Shown in pieces: positions 47,518 through 56,097 of a DNA stretch of 64,000 nucleotides. A program made the position numbers and the translations under genes. This DNA is from a virus. The DNA is taken from positions 10,664-74,663 of IMG/VR virus record IMGVR_UViG_3300001097_000004; one strand, written 5' to 3'. A model generated the notes under the pieces. The model saw only the letters and a list, made by a program, of their open reading frames with translations. It was not told the DNA's origin and did not search any database. Within the stretch, counting starts at the first letter, position 1. Each line of letters opens with the position of its first letter.

Positions 47518-47667
47518 CTAGTAGTCGTCCATGTCATACTGCTCGTCATAGTCCGGCGCGTTCATCCGGCGAACCACGTCCGCCTTGATGGACTCGTCAG
47601 AGCCGTAGAGCTGTCCTTCGCAGTCGTTCATCTCGTGACCACACGCGGGCCAGTCCTCACATGCCAT
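47518..47667 (-). CDS. Small acidic Cys-containing protein
   Basis: MACEDWPACGH..C...YDEQYDMDDY; GAAAGG RBS; own promoter. Confidence 0.75.
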   Translation of the reverse strand: MACEDWPACGHEMNDCEGQLYGSDESIKADVVRRMNAPDYDEQYDMDDY

Positions 47668-47810
47668 TGGGTACCTTTCTGGTCGATTGGTTGTTAGTAC
47701 AAGACTACACCCGTACAAGCTCCCTGTCAAGTCCCGGCGCAAACTAATTTCCAAGTCCCTCCCGCAAACGAAAACGGGGGTACGTTTCCGCGCCCCCGTA
47801 TCCGTACGTG

Positions 47811-48224
47811 TCAGTTCTCCACGAACGTCATGACTCCTTCCAGCGTACCTTTCGGTGTCCACTTCCAGAATGAGCCATCCTCCCCGTGCCAGATGATGTA
47901 CGCGTCAGGGTTGACAAACGGCGCGATAGCGTCTAGGAACTGGGATTCGTCCCCAATCTTGTTGTCGTAGTCGGTGATCGCCAGATCGCCCTCTCCGGTA
48001 AGGTCGGTGTAGAAACCAAGCTCCGTGAGAATCTGGTCGGCAGTACTGCATTTCTTGTCGTAGTCGGCCTCCATCCACGAGAACCATTTCTCGCCAGTGG
48101 ATGAACCGCCACCCTTCTGGGCTTTCGGGTCATGGTTGAGAGCACACATGGCCTTGAACGCAGCGTCAAGGTGCTCTTTCAAGATATAAGTATCGCTCTC
48201 GTTGATGGTTACATAGAATCCCAT
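47811..48224 (-). CDS. Hypothetical protein
   Basis: MGFYV..., FL.AIAPFV..YI.W.GEDG.FW; GAAAGGG RBS. Confidence 0.8.
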   Translation of the reverse strand: MGFYVTINESDTYILKEHLDAAFKAMCALNHDPKAQKGGGSSTGEKWFSWMEADYDKKCSTADQILTELGFYTDLTGEGDLAITDYDNKIGDESQFLDAIAPFVNPDAYIIWHGEDGSFWKWTPKGTLEGVMTFVEN

Positions 48225-48295
48225 GGGGTTCCCTTTCTGGTTGGTGGTTGGTTGATATCTAAATAGCCTATACCATACCCGCATGTCTGTCAAGT

Positions 48296-48658
48296 CTAGC
48301 TCCCATACGCGTCGTCGGGGTGGGCGAGGATGTACTTGAACGAGCTGAGTGCAGCTCCCCACGTCTCTCCACGATCTTGATCTCTCTGTGCTTCGCGTGC
48401 TGCGAGGCTCAAACTGCTCGGCGCGTCATAGTAGAGGGTGAACAAGTCGAAAATGTTTATGTTGACCTCCGGCATCGGGATACCAAGGTTCCAAAGCGCA
48501 TGCCCCAACAGACAGGACGGCTCGCCATCAATCTCGTACTGGCACATATCGTACGGGTACGACACGTAGACAAAACCCTCACCCATGAGAGTTACGGCAT
48601 CCTCCAATGCCTTAGTGAATTCCTCGGTTGTGATCTTGATCTTCTTGGTTGTGGTCAT
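48296..48658 (-). CDS. Hypothetical protein, paralog of the domains in 57149-57925
   Basis: C.Y...G.PSCLLG.AL..LG, AQ..QD.G.TWG.AL. Confidence 0.8.
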   Translation of the reverse strand: MTTTKKIKITTEEFTKALEDAVTLMGEGFVYVSYPYDMCQYEIDGEPSCLLGHALWNLGIPMPEVNINIFDLFTLYYDAPSSLSLAAREAQRDQDRGETWGAALSSFKYILAHPDDAYGS

Positions 48659-48786
48659 ATACCTATTCTAAGCCACTCGACACCCAATGTCAAGTCTGGA
48701 ACCGGCACAAAATTCCAAGTCCCTCGGCACGCAAGAACCCCCGCACAGTGACCAGAATGTGCGGGGGCGGTCTCTTGAGTTTTGGG

Positions 48787-49149
48787 TTAGCGGTTCCTGT
48801 AGAACTCCGAAATGTTGATGGGCGGTTCGCCTACGTCCTCGGGGGAGACACCATCCGGTAAGGCCTCCAGGCCCATTTCATCGGCAGCAGTCTCCACGGC
48901 ATTCTGAACGTAAGTCCAGTCGGTTTCGGTGCAGTCTTCGAGCATGCCCCACGAATGAGTAACCTGTGCAGACTCGCGCAGTGCCTCGCGGTGCTCTGCG
49001 GGGTACCAGACAACATACTCGTCCAGATCGGCAGGCGACCAAATCTTGACTGGGATGTCGAACTCGCTGGCAATCCCGCGCAGTAGGTCATATGGTGATA
49101 TACCTTCCGGCACCCTGATCGGCGTGCCGTTTATGTGAATGATGTTCAT
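48787..49149 (-). CDS. Acidic hypothetical protein
   Basis: GAAGGAG RBS; own promoter. Confidence 0.8.
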   Translation of the reverse strand: MNIIHINGTPIRVPEGISPYDLLRGIASEFDIPVKIWSPADLDEYVVWYPAEHREALRESAQVTHSWGMLEDCTETDWTYVQNAVETAADEMGLEALPDGVSPEDVGEPPINISEFYRNR

Positions 49150-49212
49150 GTGGCTCCTTCGTGGTTGTTGTTGTTCTAATCCTACGCGAACAAGTCGCTC
49201 GTGTCAAGTCCT

Positions 49213-49500
49213 CTACAAAACAACTTTCCCGCATTCGCAGGTCGTTTCTGCGGGGGCGTACGCGTCCCGCATATCTTGTCTGTTCGATTCTGAGAGCTTA
49301 GTGAAAAGCTCGTTCCGCATTCCGTAGAACGTCCTGAGTCCGGGGCGCGAGACGATGTCTCCGTGCAGGGTCATACCCGCGCACCGTGTGTCAGCACAGA
49401 CCAGTCGGTCATACCCGAGGAATACTTCTCCGGGGTATGCAGCCTCATAGGCCGCGTCCCGCGCTCGGTACTCGTCAATGGTCTTCTCCGTGGTTGTCAT
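49213..49500 (-). CDS. Hypothetical protein
   Basis: Leaderless promoter; C....CAG, CECG. Confidence 0.8.
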   Translation of the reverse strand: MTTTEKTIDEYRARDAAYEAAYPGEVFLGYDRLVCADTRCAGMTLHGDIVSRPGLRTFYGMRNELFTKLSESNRQDMRDAYAPAETTCECGKVVL

Positions 49501-49539
49501 ACCTAAAGACTACACCTCGGAGAATCCAATGTCAAGGGG

Positions 49540-49746
49540 TTAGCCTACATCCTCGCTGCGTTGGATTGGGTTATCGTACCAGTAGCAACCGATGCCGTTT
49601 GGCGAGTATCCGAAGTGGGTCATGTCCCACTTCGGGTCGTACACATCATAGCTCTGGTTGGCCTTGAGACCGCCCTCGTAGTCTGCGAGTTCACGCAGGC
49701 GATCAAAGTTGTCGGCGGTGATCTTGATTACTTGTGTGTTGGTCAT
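49540..49746 (-). CDS. Hypothetical protein
   Basis: Leaderless promoter. Confidence 0.75.
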   Translation of the reverse strand: MTNTQVIKITADNFDRLRELADYEGGLKANQSYDVYDPKWDMTHFGYSPNGIGCYWYDNPIQRSEDVG

Positions 49747-49784
49747 AAGTAAAGATTACCAGTTGGCGGGCGAGCTGTCAAGTC

Positions 49785-50195
49785 CTACCACACCCAGTCA
49801 TGTGTTGAGTCCTCGTCAGTCCACGGCTTGGTGCTCATGACGTACCCAACGCGATTGACGCTGTGCCAGCCGGTGGCGATGTATAGAATGCCGTCACAGT
49901 CAAGCACAGTCCACAGGTGGGACTCGTCCTTTGGGCGGTAGAAGAACTGGGGAGACACAGTGTCAGTGGTGTCTGGCCACGGCTCGGCAACAAAATGGTC
50001 GTCCCAGTCTGGAAGACTTGCACGCTCCCGCGCACCTTCCACGGCAGCCTCAATCAGGTTGGCAACGTCATGGGCGAGTCCATCTAAAATCTGGTCATAC
50101 CCACCCTCGTCAAAGTCTGGGCCTGTAAAGAGAGGGGCCAGTAGGTCGTTGAGTTCGTAGCGGTCAATTTCAAACTTCGGTGTGGTTGTGGTCAT
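49785..50195 (-). CDS. Hypothetical protein
   Basis: HLWTVLDCDG.LYI..GWH.VNR.GY motif; leaderless promoter. Confidence 0.8.
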   Translation of the reverse strand: MTTTTPKFEIDRYELNDLLAPLFTGPDFDEGGYDQILDGLAHDVANLIEAAVEGARERASLPDWDDHFVAEPWPDTTDTVSPQFFYRPKDESHLWTVLDCDGILYIATGWHSVNRVGYVMSTKPWTDEDSTHDWVW

Positions 50196-50216
50196 GTCTC
50201 TACTCTACCCTCCGGG

Positions 50217-50627
50217 TTAGTCGTTGTCAAGTGTTCCGGTGGACTCGCGCCAGAGTGCAGCCTCGAACAGGTCACGTCCCGCGCCCCACTCGTCTGCCGC
50301 ATCCCATTCTCCATCGCTGGCAATCTTAAAGTCCGGGCTGTCCTCTTTGATGCGGAGGAGTGTAGCGCAGACCACGGGGTCGTAGAGCTTGCGAGCTGTC
50401 TTGCAGCATCCGAATCCGTCTTCGACAGTGGAGATGTACAGCGTCTCGTACGCGTCGTCTCCGACTCCGTTGAACGAGATCAGGTCGTCGGTAAGTATAG
50501 GCTCCGTACCCTCGACTCCGTACGCCCCTGTGATAGGGATTCCGGAAGTCTCGATGATGGTCTTGATGTCTGCGAGAGCGGCATCCGTGATGACTCGCTG
50601 TCCTCGCCAGTAGTGTGTAAAGCCCAA
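50217..50627 (-). CDS. Conserved hypothetical protein
   Basis: GFTHYW, I.FNG, ETL, CKTARK.YD.VV, SDG motifs. Confidence 0.8.
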   Translation of the reverse strand: MGFTHYWRGQRVITDAALADIKTIIETSGIPITGAYGVEGTEPILTDDLISFNGVGDDAYETLYISTVEDGFGCCKTARKLYDPVVCATLLRIKEDSPDFKIASDGEWDAADEWGAGRDLFEAALWRESTGTLDND

Positions 50628-50686
50628 TTTGAATCCTTTCGTCGGTGGTTGATGTACTTCTACTTTACAGGGCTAGCGCCCGTTTG

Positions 50687-50959
50687 TCAAGCCTTCTGGC
50701 CAAACCAGATTCCCTCGGAACGCAGGGCACGCAGCACTTCCTCACCGAGGAATTCGTACACGCTACCCGCGCAGTCCCCGGAGATGTCCGTGCCATCGGT
50801 ATCGAACAGATACAAGCCCATCGCAAGGATGTGGCCATCTTCCAGAATCTCGGTAACTCGGAAAGGGGCCTGCTCGTCTCCGTCGGAGATGCGGAACTTG
50901 CGTCCCACGAGCAGGTTATCGAGCTGGTTATCGAGCTTGGTCTTCTGTGTGTTGGTCAT
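50687..50959 (-). CDS. Hypothetical protein
   Basis: TTGACT-N17-TATTAT-N6-ATG (MTNTQK). Confidence 0.75.
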   Translation of the reverse strand: MTNTQKTKLDNQLDNLLVGRKFRISDGDEQAPFRVTEILEDGHILAMGLYLFDTDGTDISGDCAGSVYEFLGEEVLRALRSEGIWFGQKA

Positions 50960-51038
50960 ACTTCTATAATACACGGCATATTCTGGGAAGTCAAGCGTTG
51001 TTGCGGGACAGGCTTCAGAGGCCTGACCTCCCAGAAAT

Positions 51039-52826
51039 CTATTGGCTGGCGTTAGCCAGAGCTTTCACGCACGCCGCGCCGATTATGTACGCGGCATCGG
51101 TAACTTTCGCCCCCTGCATCTCGACAAGGGTGGCACCGTACTCAGTGCAGAACTTGGCCGCTTCGTGTGACCCACGGAAATCCAACCAGACCACCGCTAC
51201 CCCCTTCACACGGCACGCCTGCAAATGCTTTCGAACCGCAATGATCTGCTCCGGGCGGTACTGGCCATCCGAGCAGATGATTAGGAGACGAGCACCCTCG
51301 CCCGCCAGCAGTTTGAGACCGCCGTTGAGGGCTCGGAAACCTTTGTCAAATTCTTCGTAGTTGTCGTTGGCCGAGTACGCGGTGACCTGCTTTAGGACCT
51401 CGCCGGGCTTGAGCGCACTGAACGTAGACGCTCCGTAGTAGACAGCAGCCGACTTTCCGCGTATACGCGCAACCGCGTTGGAGAGGGCCCAAACCGCCAC
51501 CGCAATCGGGTTAACCGCTTGGTGCATCGAACCGCTCACGTCACTCATGATCCCCACCGTCAGCTCAGGGTCTTCCACGTGTATTCTCGACATCTTTCTC
51601 CACGGGTTATACCGTTCACGCTCTGACCGTCCAGTCATACTCCTGGCCGCACTGGCCTGCATCGCCGCTCGGGGTCGCAACCGTCCTGGCGGGTCTGACC
51701 GGTTGGTCTCCACCTTGATGTGGTCCCGGTACTTTGCTTTCCGTAGCTTGTCCGCGATCTGACTGGCCGCAAGAATCTCTTCCGCTGTGGGGTCCCTCTG
51801 GCCGATCCGTCTGGATTTGCTCTTACCGGGGGCACCGTTATGGATGTCAAACACCTCGTGAGCTGTCCCCGAGTCCGCATCCTCGCGGGCCGACTCTTTC
51901 GCGTCAGCTTTCGCTTGCCGTTCCGTCCGCTCACGGGCCTGCATCTCGTCGGCCACATCCGTGGCAGCAAACTCTGTCGCCTTACGGTCGGCATTCATCG
52001 CATCAAAGAGCGCCTGCAGCAGCTCCATGAGGGGTTTAGTCCCTCTGCTCGTTCCGCTCGCCGTTTCTTCTTTTTTGATGAGCTTGTCAAAGTCCCGTGC
52101 GATCTGATACATACGTGCGCGTTCAGAGCTAGCCCGTCCGTCTCCTTTGATCTTCAGGAACTCACACCACAGGGCTCGCATCCCGTCTCGACACCCCTCC
52201 GACAGGCCGCTCTTCAGTTGCTTGGAGATGTTCTTAACATCTCGCCGTTTCAGCGATCCGGCATCCACTCGCCCCTCGGCTAGGATGGCCACCTGAGCTA
52301 GAGCTGAGACCGAGGTCTCCGGTTTCGTCCGTGTCAGGTCACCCTCCAGAACTACTTCCAGAGCACAGGCCCGCAGAAAAACTTGGTGATCCGGGTAGGA
52401 CCGCAGAATCCGGTACTCGATCCGCAGCTCCTCCATGTTGATCATCCACCGTAACTCGCGCTCCGTTAGAGCCTGCCCGCCTTCTGTGATCATCTCGACC
52501 GGTGAGTGTGCAGCGTGTGCCGCTTCATGCAGAATCATGCCTGCCGCCTTTGGCCACTCCAGGTGAGTGTCGCGCTCGCGGAAGTCTCCGACCGTTTCAG
52601 GCCGCACACGCGTACCGAACGCAATGTCGGTGTTCACATCGATCTCGCCACCGTGAAAGTCGTAGAGCGCTGGAGCTTCACCGTCCCCACCGTCAGGCCC
52701 TAAATACACCTGAAGGTCTCGCCGGTTGGCCCACGTGTTGACTTGTGCAGTGACCTGACTGTTCAGCTCTCGCCACTCGGGCTTGATCTTCCGGAAGGTC
52801 CTCCGGTGTACGGTAAAGGCAGACAT
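51039..52826 (-). CDS. vWA (MIDAS) domain protein with N-terminal HExxH region, CobT-like
   Basis: HEAAH, NMEE.RIE, GRL, DVSGSM, LLIICSDG. Confidence 0.85.
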   Translation of the reverse strand: MSAFTVHRRTFRKIKPEWRELNSQVTAQVNTWANRRDLQVYLGPDGGDGEAPALYDFHGGEIDVNTDIAFGTRVRPETVGDFRERDTHLEWPKAAGMILHEAAHAAHSPVEMITEGGQALTERELRWMINMEELRIEYRILRSYPDHQVFLRACALEVVLEGDLTRTKPETSVSALAQVAILAEGRVDAGSLKRRDVKNISKQLKSGLSEGCRDGMRALWCEFLKIKGDGRASSERARMYQIARDFDKLIKKEETASGTSRGTKPLMELLQALFDAMNADRKATEFAATDVADEMQARERTERQAKADAKESAREDADSGTAHEVFDIHNGAPGKSKSRRIGQRDPTAEEILAASQIADKLRKAKYRDHIKVETNRSDPPGRLRPRAAMQASAARSMTGRSERERYNPWRKMSRIHVEDPELTVGIMSDVSGSMHQAVNPIAVAVWALSNAVARIRGKSAAVYYGASTFSALKPGEVLKQVTAYSANDNYEEFDKGFRALNGGLKLLAGEGARLLIICSDGQYRPEQIIAVRKHLQACRVKGVAVVWLDFRGSHEAAKFCTEYGATLVEMQGAKVTDAAYIIGAACVKALANASQ

Positions 52827-52853
52827 ATTATCTCTATCCTACCACAGACTTCA

Positions 52854-54455
52854 TCAAAGTGCAAGTGTTGGCGGGTCTTCCGCATTCTTGCCGATCCGGG
52901 CTGGAAGGTGGTCTCCCGTGTATACACGCCCCACGCGTTCAAGGACCACCGTTCGATCCTCCGGGGGACATGAGGCCAGCAGGTTGGCTAGCGCAAACTT
53001 CTCACCGTAGATGGCCGCTAGGTTTTTATACGTCAATAACTCTCGGAGCTGGGGTGCCCAACTGATCTTACCGTTGAACATCATCTTGGACAGTCCTTGA
53101 GCAATTCCTGCAATCTTCTCTGGGACTCCTAGTCTGGTTACGGCCAACTCCCAGTCCGTGTGCACCTCAACGTGGAGGTTGAACCGTGACATCAGTGCTT
53201 CAGACATCTGCACGCCGGGGGCATCCGGGTTGGTGGCACCGAGGAGGAAGAATCCGTCCGTTACGGAAATCACGCCACGGTCTGGGTTGGAGGTTACCTG
53301 AAGTTCACGCCGACCGTCCATGAGTGGGTAGACCACCGATAGCATCTTCGGGTCTCCCAGACCGATCTCGTCCAAAAGGATGGGCCGTCCCTCAAGGGCC
53401 GCACGAACTAATGGACCGTCAACCCAGATGTACTCGCCCTCACCTTTCTCACCGTGCTTCGGATTCGGGATGAACTGGCCAACAAGGTCAGAAACCTCGG
53501 TATCGCCGGTAATCATCACCGTGATCAAGTCCGTACCGTACGTAGCTTCTGCGAGCGCCGTCTTGCCCGTCCCTGGAGGGCCGTAGAGCAGCGGGAACTG
53601 ACTGTGCTCCCTCGCCGTCTTCAGTACCTCGACATCCTCAATACCCGTCCAGTTGCGTGAGTAGTACATCTCGCCGTTCGGTCGGGTGTATTCGTTCACG
53701 GTAGGTAGTAGGCTTTCTGTGCGGCTTGGGGGGCGGTCTTCCAGGGCGGGCGTTTGGATGCGGCCCATAGGTGGGACCGCTCTCTCAAGCATATCAAATG
53801 CGAGGCTCACGTATGAGGCCGCAACCATTTTAGAGGCCTGGCTCATGATGATCGGCCTCTGATTAGAGTTGGGCAGGAACGTGACCGCCCTGGCGAGCCA
53901 TCCGTTGAGGGTGTTCTCCTCAGCCCCTTTGTAACTGTACTCTGTGAGCGCTCCGGGGTCTGACCACATCACCGCTTGGTAGTGCTTCTTCGCACGGGAC
54001 AGCATTTTGTAGGGGGTTTTCGCTCCGTAGTCCGTGTGTGATCCCCAGTTCATCTCTAGGAATTCGGTGGCCGTCACTTGGATGAAGCCCATTGCAGGCT
54101 TGTCCGCTGTCCACGGGACCGTTTTCACCGTTCCACCGAAGTCGGAGAAGACCTCACCGATCACGGTCAAGTAGTTAACGAAATGGTCTTCACGTCTGGG
54201 TTCTGTGGATGTGTTGATCCTACCACCACGGGCCGGATCACTGGTCAAGCCCGCAAAGGATGGTACTCCCACTACTTCCCAGTGACCGTTAGATTCGGGG
54301 GTACAGAGCCGAGACACAATCGCTCCATGGCCGTTGGGGACTGTAGGGGTCGGGCCGACGAACATTACGTCTCGGGTGTTGCCGGTCTCCAGAAGCAGCT
54401 CGAAGTAGAGGGCGTGGGTCACCGTCTTAGTTTGGGAGATAGGCGCATCAGTCAT
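52854..54455 (-). CDS. MoxR-family AAA+ ATPase (CobS/CbbQ-like)
   Basis: GPPGTGKT, W.DGPL, ILLDEI, ATNP, SEAL.SRF. Confidence 0.9.
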   Translation of the reverse strand: MTDAPISQTKTVTHALYFELLLETGNTRDVMFVGPTPTVPNGHGAIVSRLCTPESNGHWEVVGVPSFAGLTSDPARGGRINTSTEPRREDHFVNYLTVIGEVFSDFGGTVKTVPWTADKPAMGFIQVTATEFLEMNWGSHTDYGAKTPYKMLSRAKKHYQAVMWSDPGALTEYSYKGAEENTLNGWLARAVTFLPNSNQRPIIMSQASKMVAASYVSLAFDMLERAVPPMGRIQTPALEDRPPSRTESLLPTVNEYTRPNGEMYYSRNWTGIEDVEVLKTAREHSQFPLLYGPPGTGKTALAEATYGTDLITVMITGDTEVSDLVGQFIPNPKHGEKGEGEYIWVDGPLVRAALEGRPILLDEIGLGDPKMLSVVYPLMDGRRELQVTSNPDRGVISVTDGFFLLGATNPDAPGVQMSEALMSRFNLHVEVHTDWELAVTRLGVPEKIAGIAQGLSKMMFNGKISWAPQLRELLTYKNLAAIYGEKFALANLLASCPPEDRTVVLERVGRVYTGDHLPARIGKNAEDPPTLAL

Positions 54456-54486
54456 AGCTCTACATTAGCACGCCGCTCCGTTAATG

Positions 54487-54756
54487 TCAAGCCTTAGGTG
54501 CGCACACCGGAGCTGAGCATGAGAGGCACAGAAGGTGTCCGTCATCATCCTCGCCTAAGACTATCGTCAGCGGAATGAATTTGATTGCCAGGGCCGGAGC
54601 CCGCCCAATCGCACTCTCGCAGTTGAAGCACTCGGTCAGGTCGTAGGGGACTTCAGGGAGACCGGCCAAAAGGGCCAAGTCGGCTTCCAAAGAGTTCGTG
54701 ATCAGATGGACCTCGAAGTGTTTGGTTATCGTGTTTTCCACGGTTACGTTTATCAT
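54487..54756 (-). CDS. Small Zn-finger-like protein
   Basis: CFNC ... CLSC. Confidence 0.7.
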   Translation of the reverse strand: MINVTVENTITKHFEVHLITNSLEADLALLAGLPEVPYDLTECFNCESAIGRAPALAIKFIPLTIVLGEDDDGHLLCLSCSAPVCAPKA

Positions 54757-54790
54757 ATCTGAAACCTACCACACATCCCGCGAACGTGTA

Positions 54791-55555
54791 CTACTGCACG
54801 GGCGCGGTTAGGAACACATTCTGAGAATCAAAAGCCAACCGTTGCAAAGTCTGCACCGTTGGAGTCCCAGTAGCCTCACTCGCCGTGTACCCGATTCGAA
54901 GTTGGTACCGTCTCATCGCACTCACCGTTGCATCATCGAACAGGCCCCGAGTCATACCGCCAGCGCCCACCGTCAGATGGAGAGCCTGCTGCATGCGTAG
55001 AACCTGACCGTTACGTTTTCCAGGCTGAAGCATGTGGACCTGACCCGTCACAACCTTACCGTTGTCCCCTCGGGCCTTCTTAGCTTTCGCGCCGTACCGT
55101 GGACGAACGAACACGAGAACATCCGTCTCATGCCTCAATCGTTCATACACACCGTCATCCTCCTGCGGTCCTCGCTTCAGGCCGCTCGCCGTCTGTCCTT
55201 CGACCGCTGAGAAGACGCGCTTGCGTTTCCAGTCACGGGTATCTGTTACCAGGCCGACATGCGGCTGAGCGAAGTCACCGTCCGTTGAGAAAGCATAGAA
55301 CACCAAATCACCCGGTAGGGGACTTGGAAATATGCGTCCCGCACGCGTGTACTCGGCAAGAGCACTCACCGTTGAAATAAGTGACGGTTGAGTGAACTCG
55401 CCTGCGTTACGGAGTACGGAATCCATGAAACTACCCGCCCACGCCTGCCCCGGATGACCGGACAGCGCCGCGTACGAGTTGTTTTTGTTCGGTTGGGATC
55501 GGGCCCCAACGTTGAGACGCGCCACCTCGATGACGGCCTGGACTTTAGCCTTCAT
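54791..55555 (-). CDS. CHAP-like domain plus peptidoglycan-binding domain (endolysin-like, catalytic Cys absent)
   Basis: AWAGSF (normally WC..F), P.PGDLVFY, HVGLV, VEGQT; C-terminal VLRMQQAL...G.FD..T..A.RRYQ. Confidence 0.75.
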   Translation of the reverse strand: MKAKVQAVIEVARLNVGARSQPNKNNSYAALSGHPGQAWAGSFMDSVLRNAGEFTQPSLISTVSALAEYTRAGRIFPSPLPGDLVFYAFSTDGDFAQPHVGLVTDTRDWKRKRVFSAVEGQTASGLKRGPQEDDGVYERLRHETDVLVFVRPRYGAKAKKARGDNGKVVTGQVHMLQPGKRNGQVLRMQQALHLTVGAGGMTRGLFDDATVSAMRRYQLRIGYTASEATGTPTVQTLQRLAFDSQNVFLTAPVQ

Positions 55556-55558
55556 GGG

Positions 55559-55744
55559 CTACTCTCCAAGTACTGACCGGTACAAAAGAATGAGAAGTGG
55601 GATACCCGCAACAGTGACTGAGGCCAAGACAAAAGCAACCACCGCTGTAGTGATCCGCTTAATGAACTTGTCCATATGTAGATCACGGGCCAGCTGGGCC
55701 TTATGCAGGTTGTATCGATCTGCGTCCATTTGTTCTGTGGTCAT
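55559..55744 (-). CDS. Small membrane protein
   Basis: One TM helix; coupled to neighbours. Confidence 0.7.
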   Translation of the reverse strand: MTTEQMDADRYNLHKAQLARDLHMDKFIKRITTAVVAFVLASVTVAGIPLLILLYRSVLGE

Positions 55745-55896
55745 TACACACCAAAAGCCCATCTATACAGGCCGATGAAGAAAGGGACCACGGCAGCAAC
55801 AACTCCGGTGATGATTACATAAGCCACGACCGTCGTAATTTTGACACTCGCCGCCGATGCTTCTTTTGATGGGGTCTTCTTAGGTGTGTTAGACAT
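55744..55896 (-). CDS. Small membrane protein (50 aa)
   Basis: MSNTPKK...VVAYVIITGVVAAVVPFFIGLYRWAFGV; TAATG coupling to the next gene. Confidence 0.65.
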   Translation of the reverse strand: MSNTPKKTPSKEASAASVKITTVVAYVIITGVVAAVVPFFIGLYRWAFGV

Positions 55897-55908
55897 GTCT
55901 TTACCCTA

Positions 55909-56097
55909 TCACACTTCCGGCTCAAGTGCAATATCCAAGGCGGCAACAACCCTGGAGGCCTCCTCGGCAAGCTGGGAGAGGCGCAGATGCTCGCCACGAG
56001 TAGCAGCATTCACCAAATCTTTCACCGCTGAGTTCACATGCTCAACCGCAAGGTCTCGGGCCGCTTCAATTACTGCACGGTCAGTCTCACACATCAT
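55909..56097 (-). CDS. Small hypothetical protein
   Basis: ATGA overlap with the upstream gene. Confidence 0.65.
   Translation of the reverse strand: MMCETDRAVIEAARDLAVEHVNSAVKDLVNAATRGEHLRLSQLAEEASRVVAALDIALEPEV

Larger units (their letters stand above)
38500..51000 (-). promoter_or_regulatory. Array of SigA-type promoters, nearly one per gene
   Basis: TTGACA-N17-TAnnnT repeated, e.g. 38512-38540, 44799-44827, 45467-45495, 45671-45699, 46139-46167, 46776-46804, 48665-48693, 49507-49535, 49753-49781, 50202-50230. Confidence 0.9.
34308..55332. repeat. Dispersed 14-16 bp repeat GGGACTTGGAA(A/T)TT, about 12 copies in both orientations
   Basis: Copies near 34308, 36526, 38028, 40454, 41461, 42531, 43951, 44896, 47023, 47746, 48709 and 55318. 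Confidence 0.85.

Noticed and set aside
34308-55332. CRISPR-like interpretation of the dispersed repeat
   Set aside because: Copies are 14-16 bp, kilobases apart and in both orientations; there is no spacer array or cas gene.
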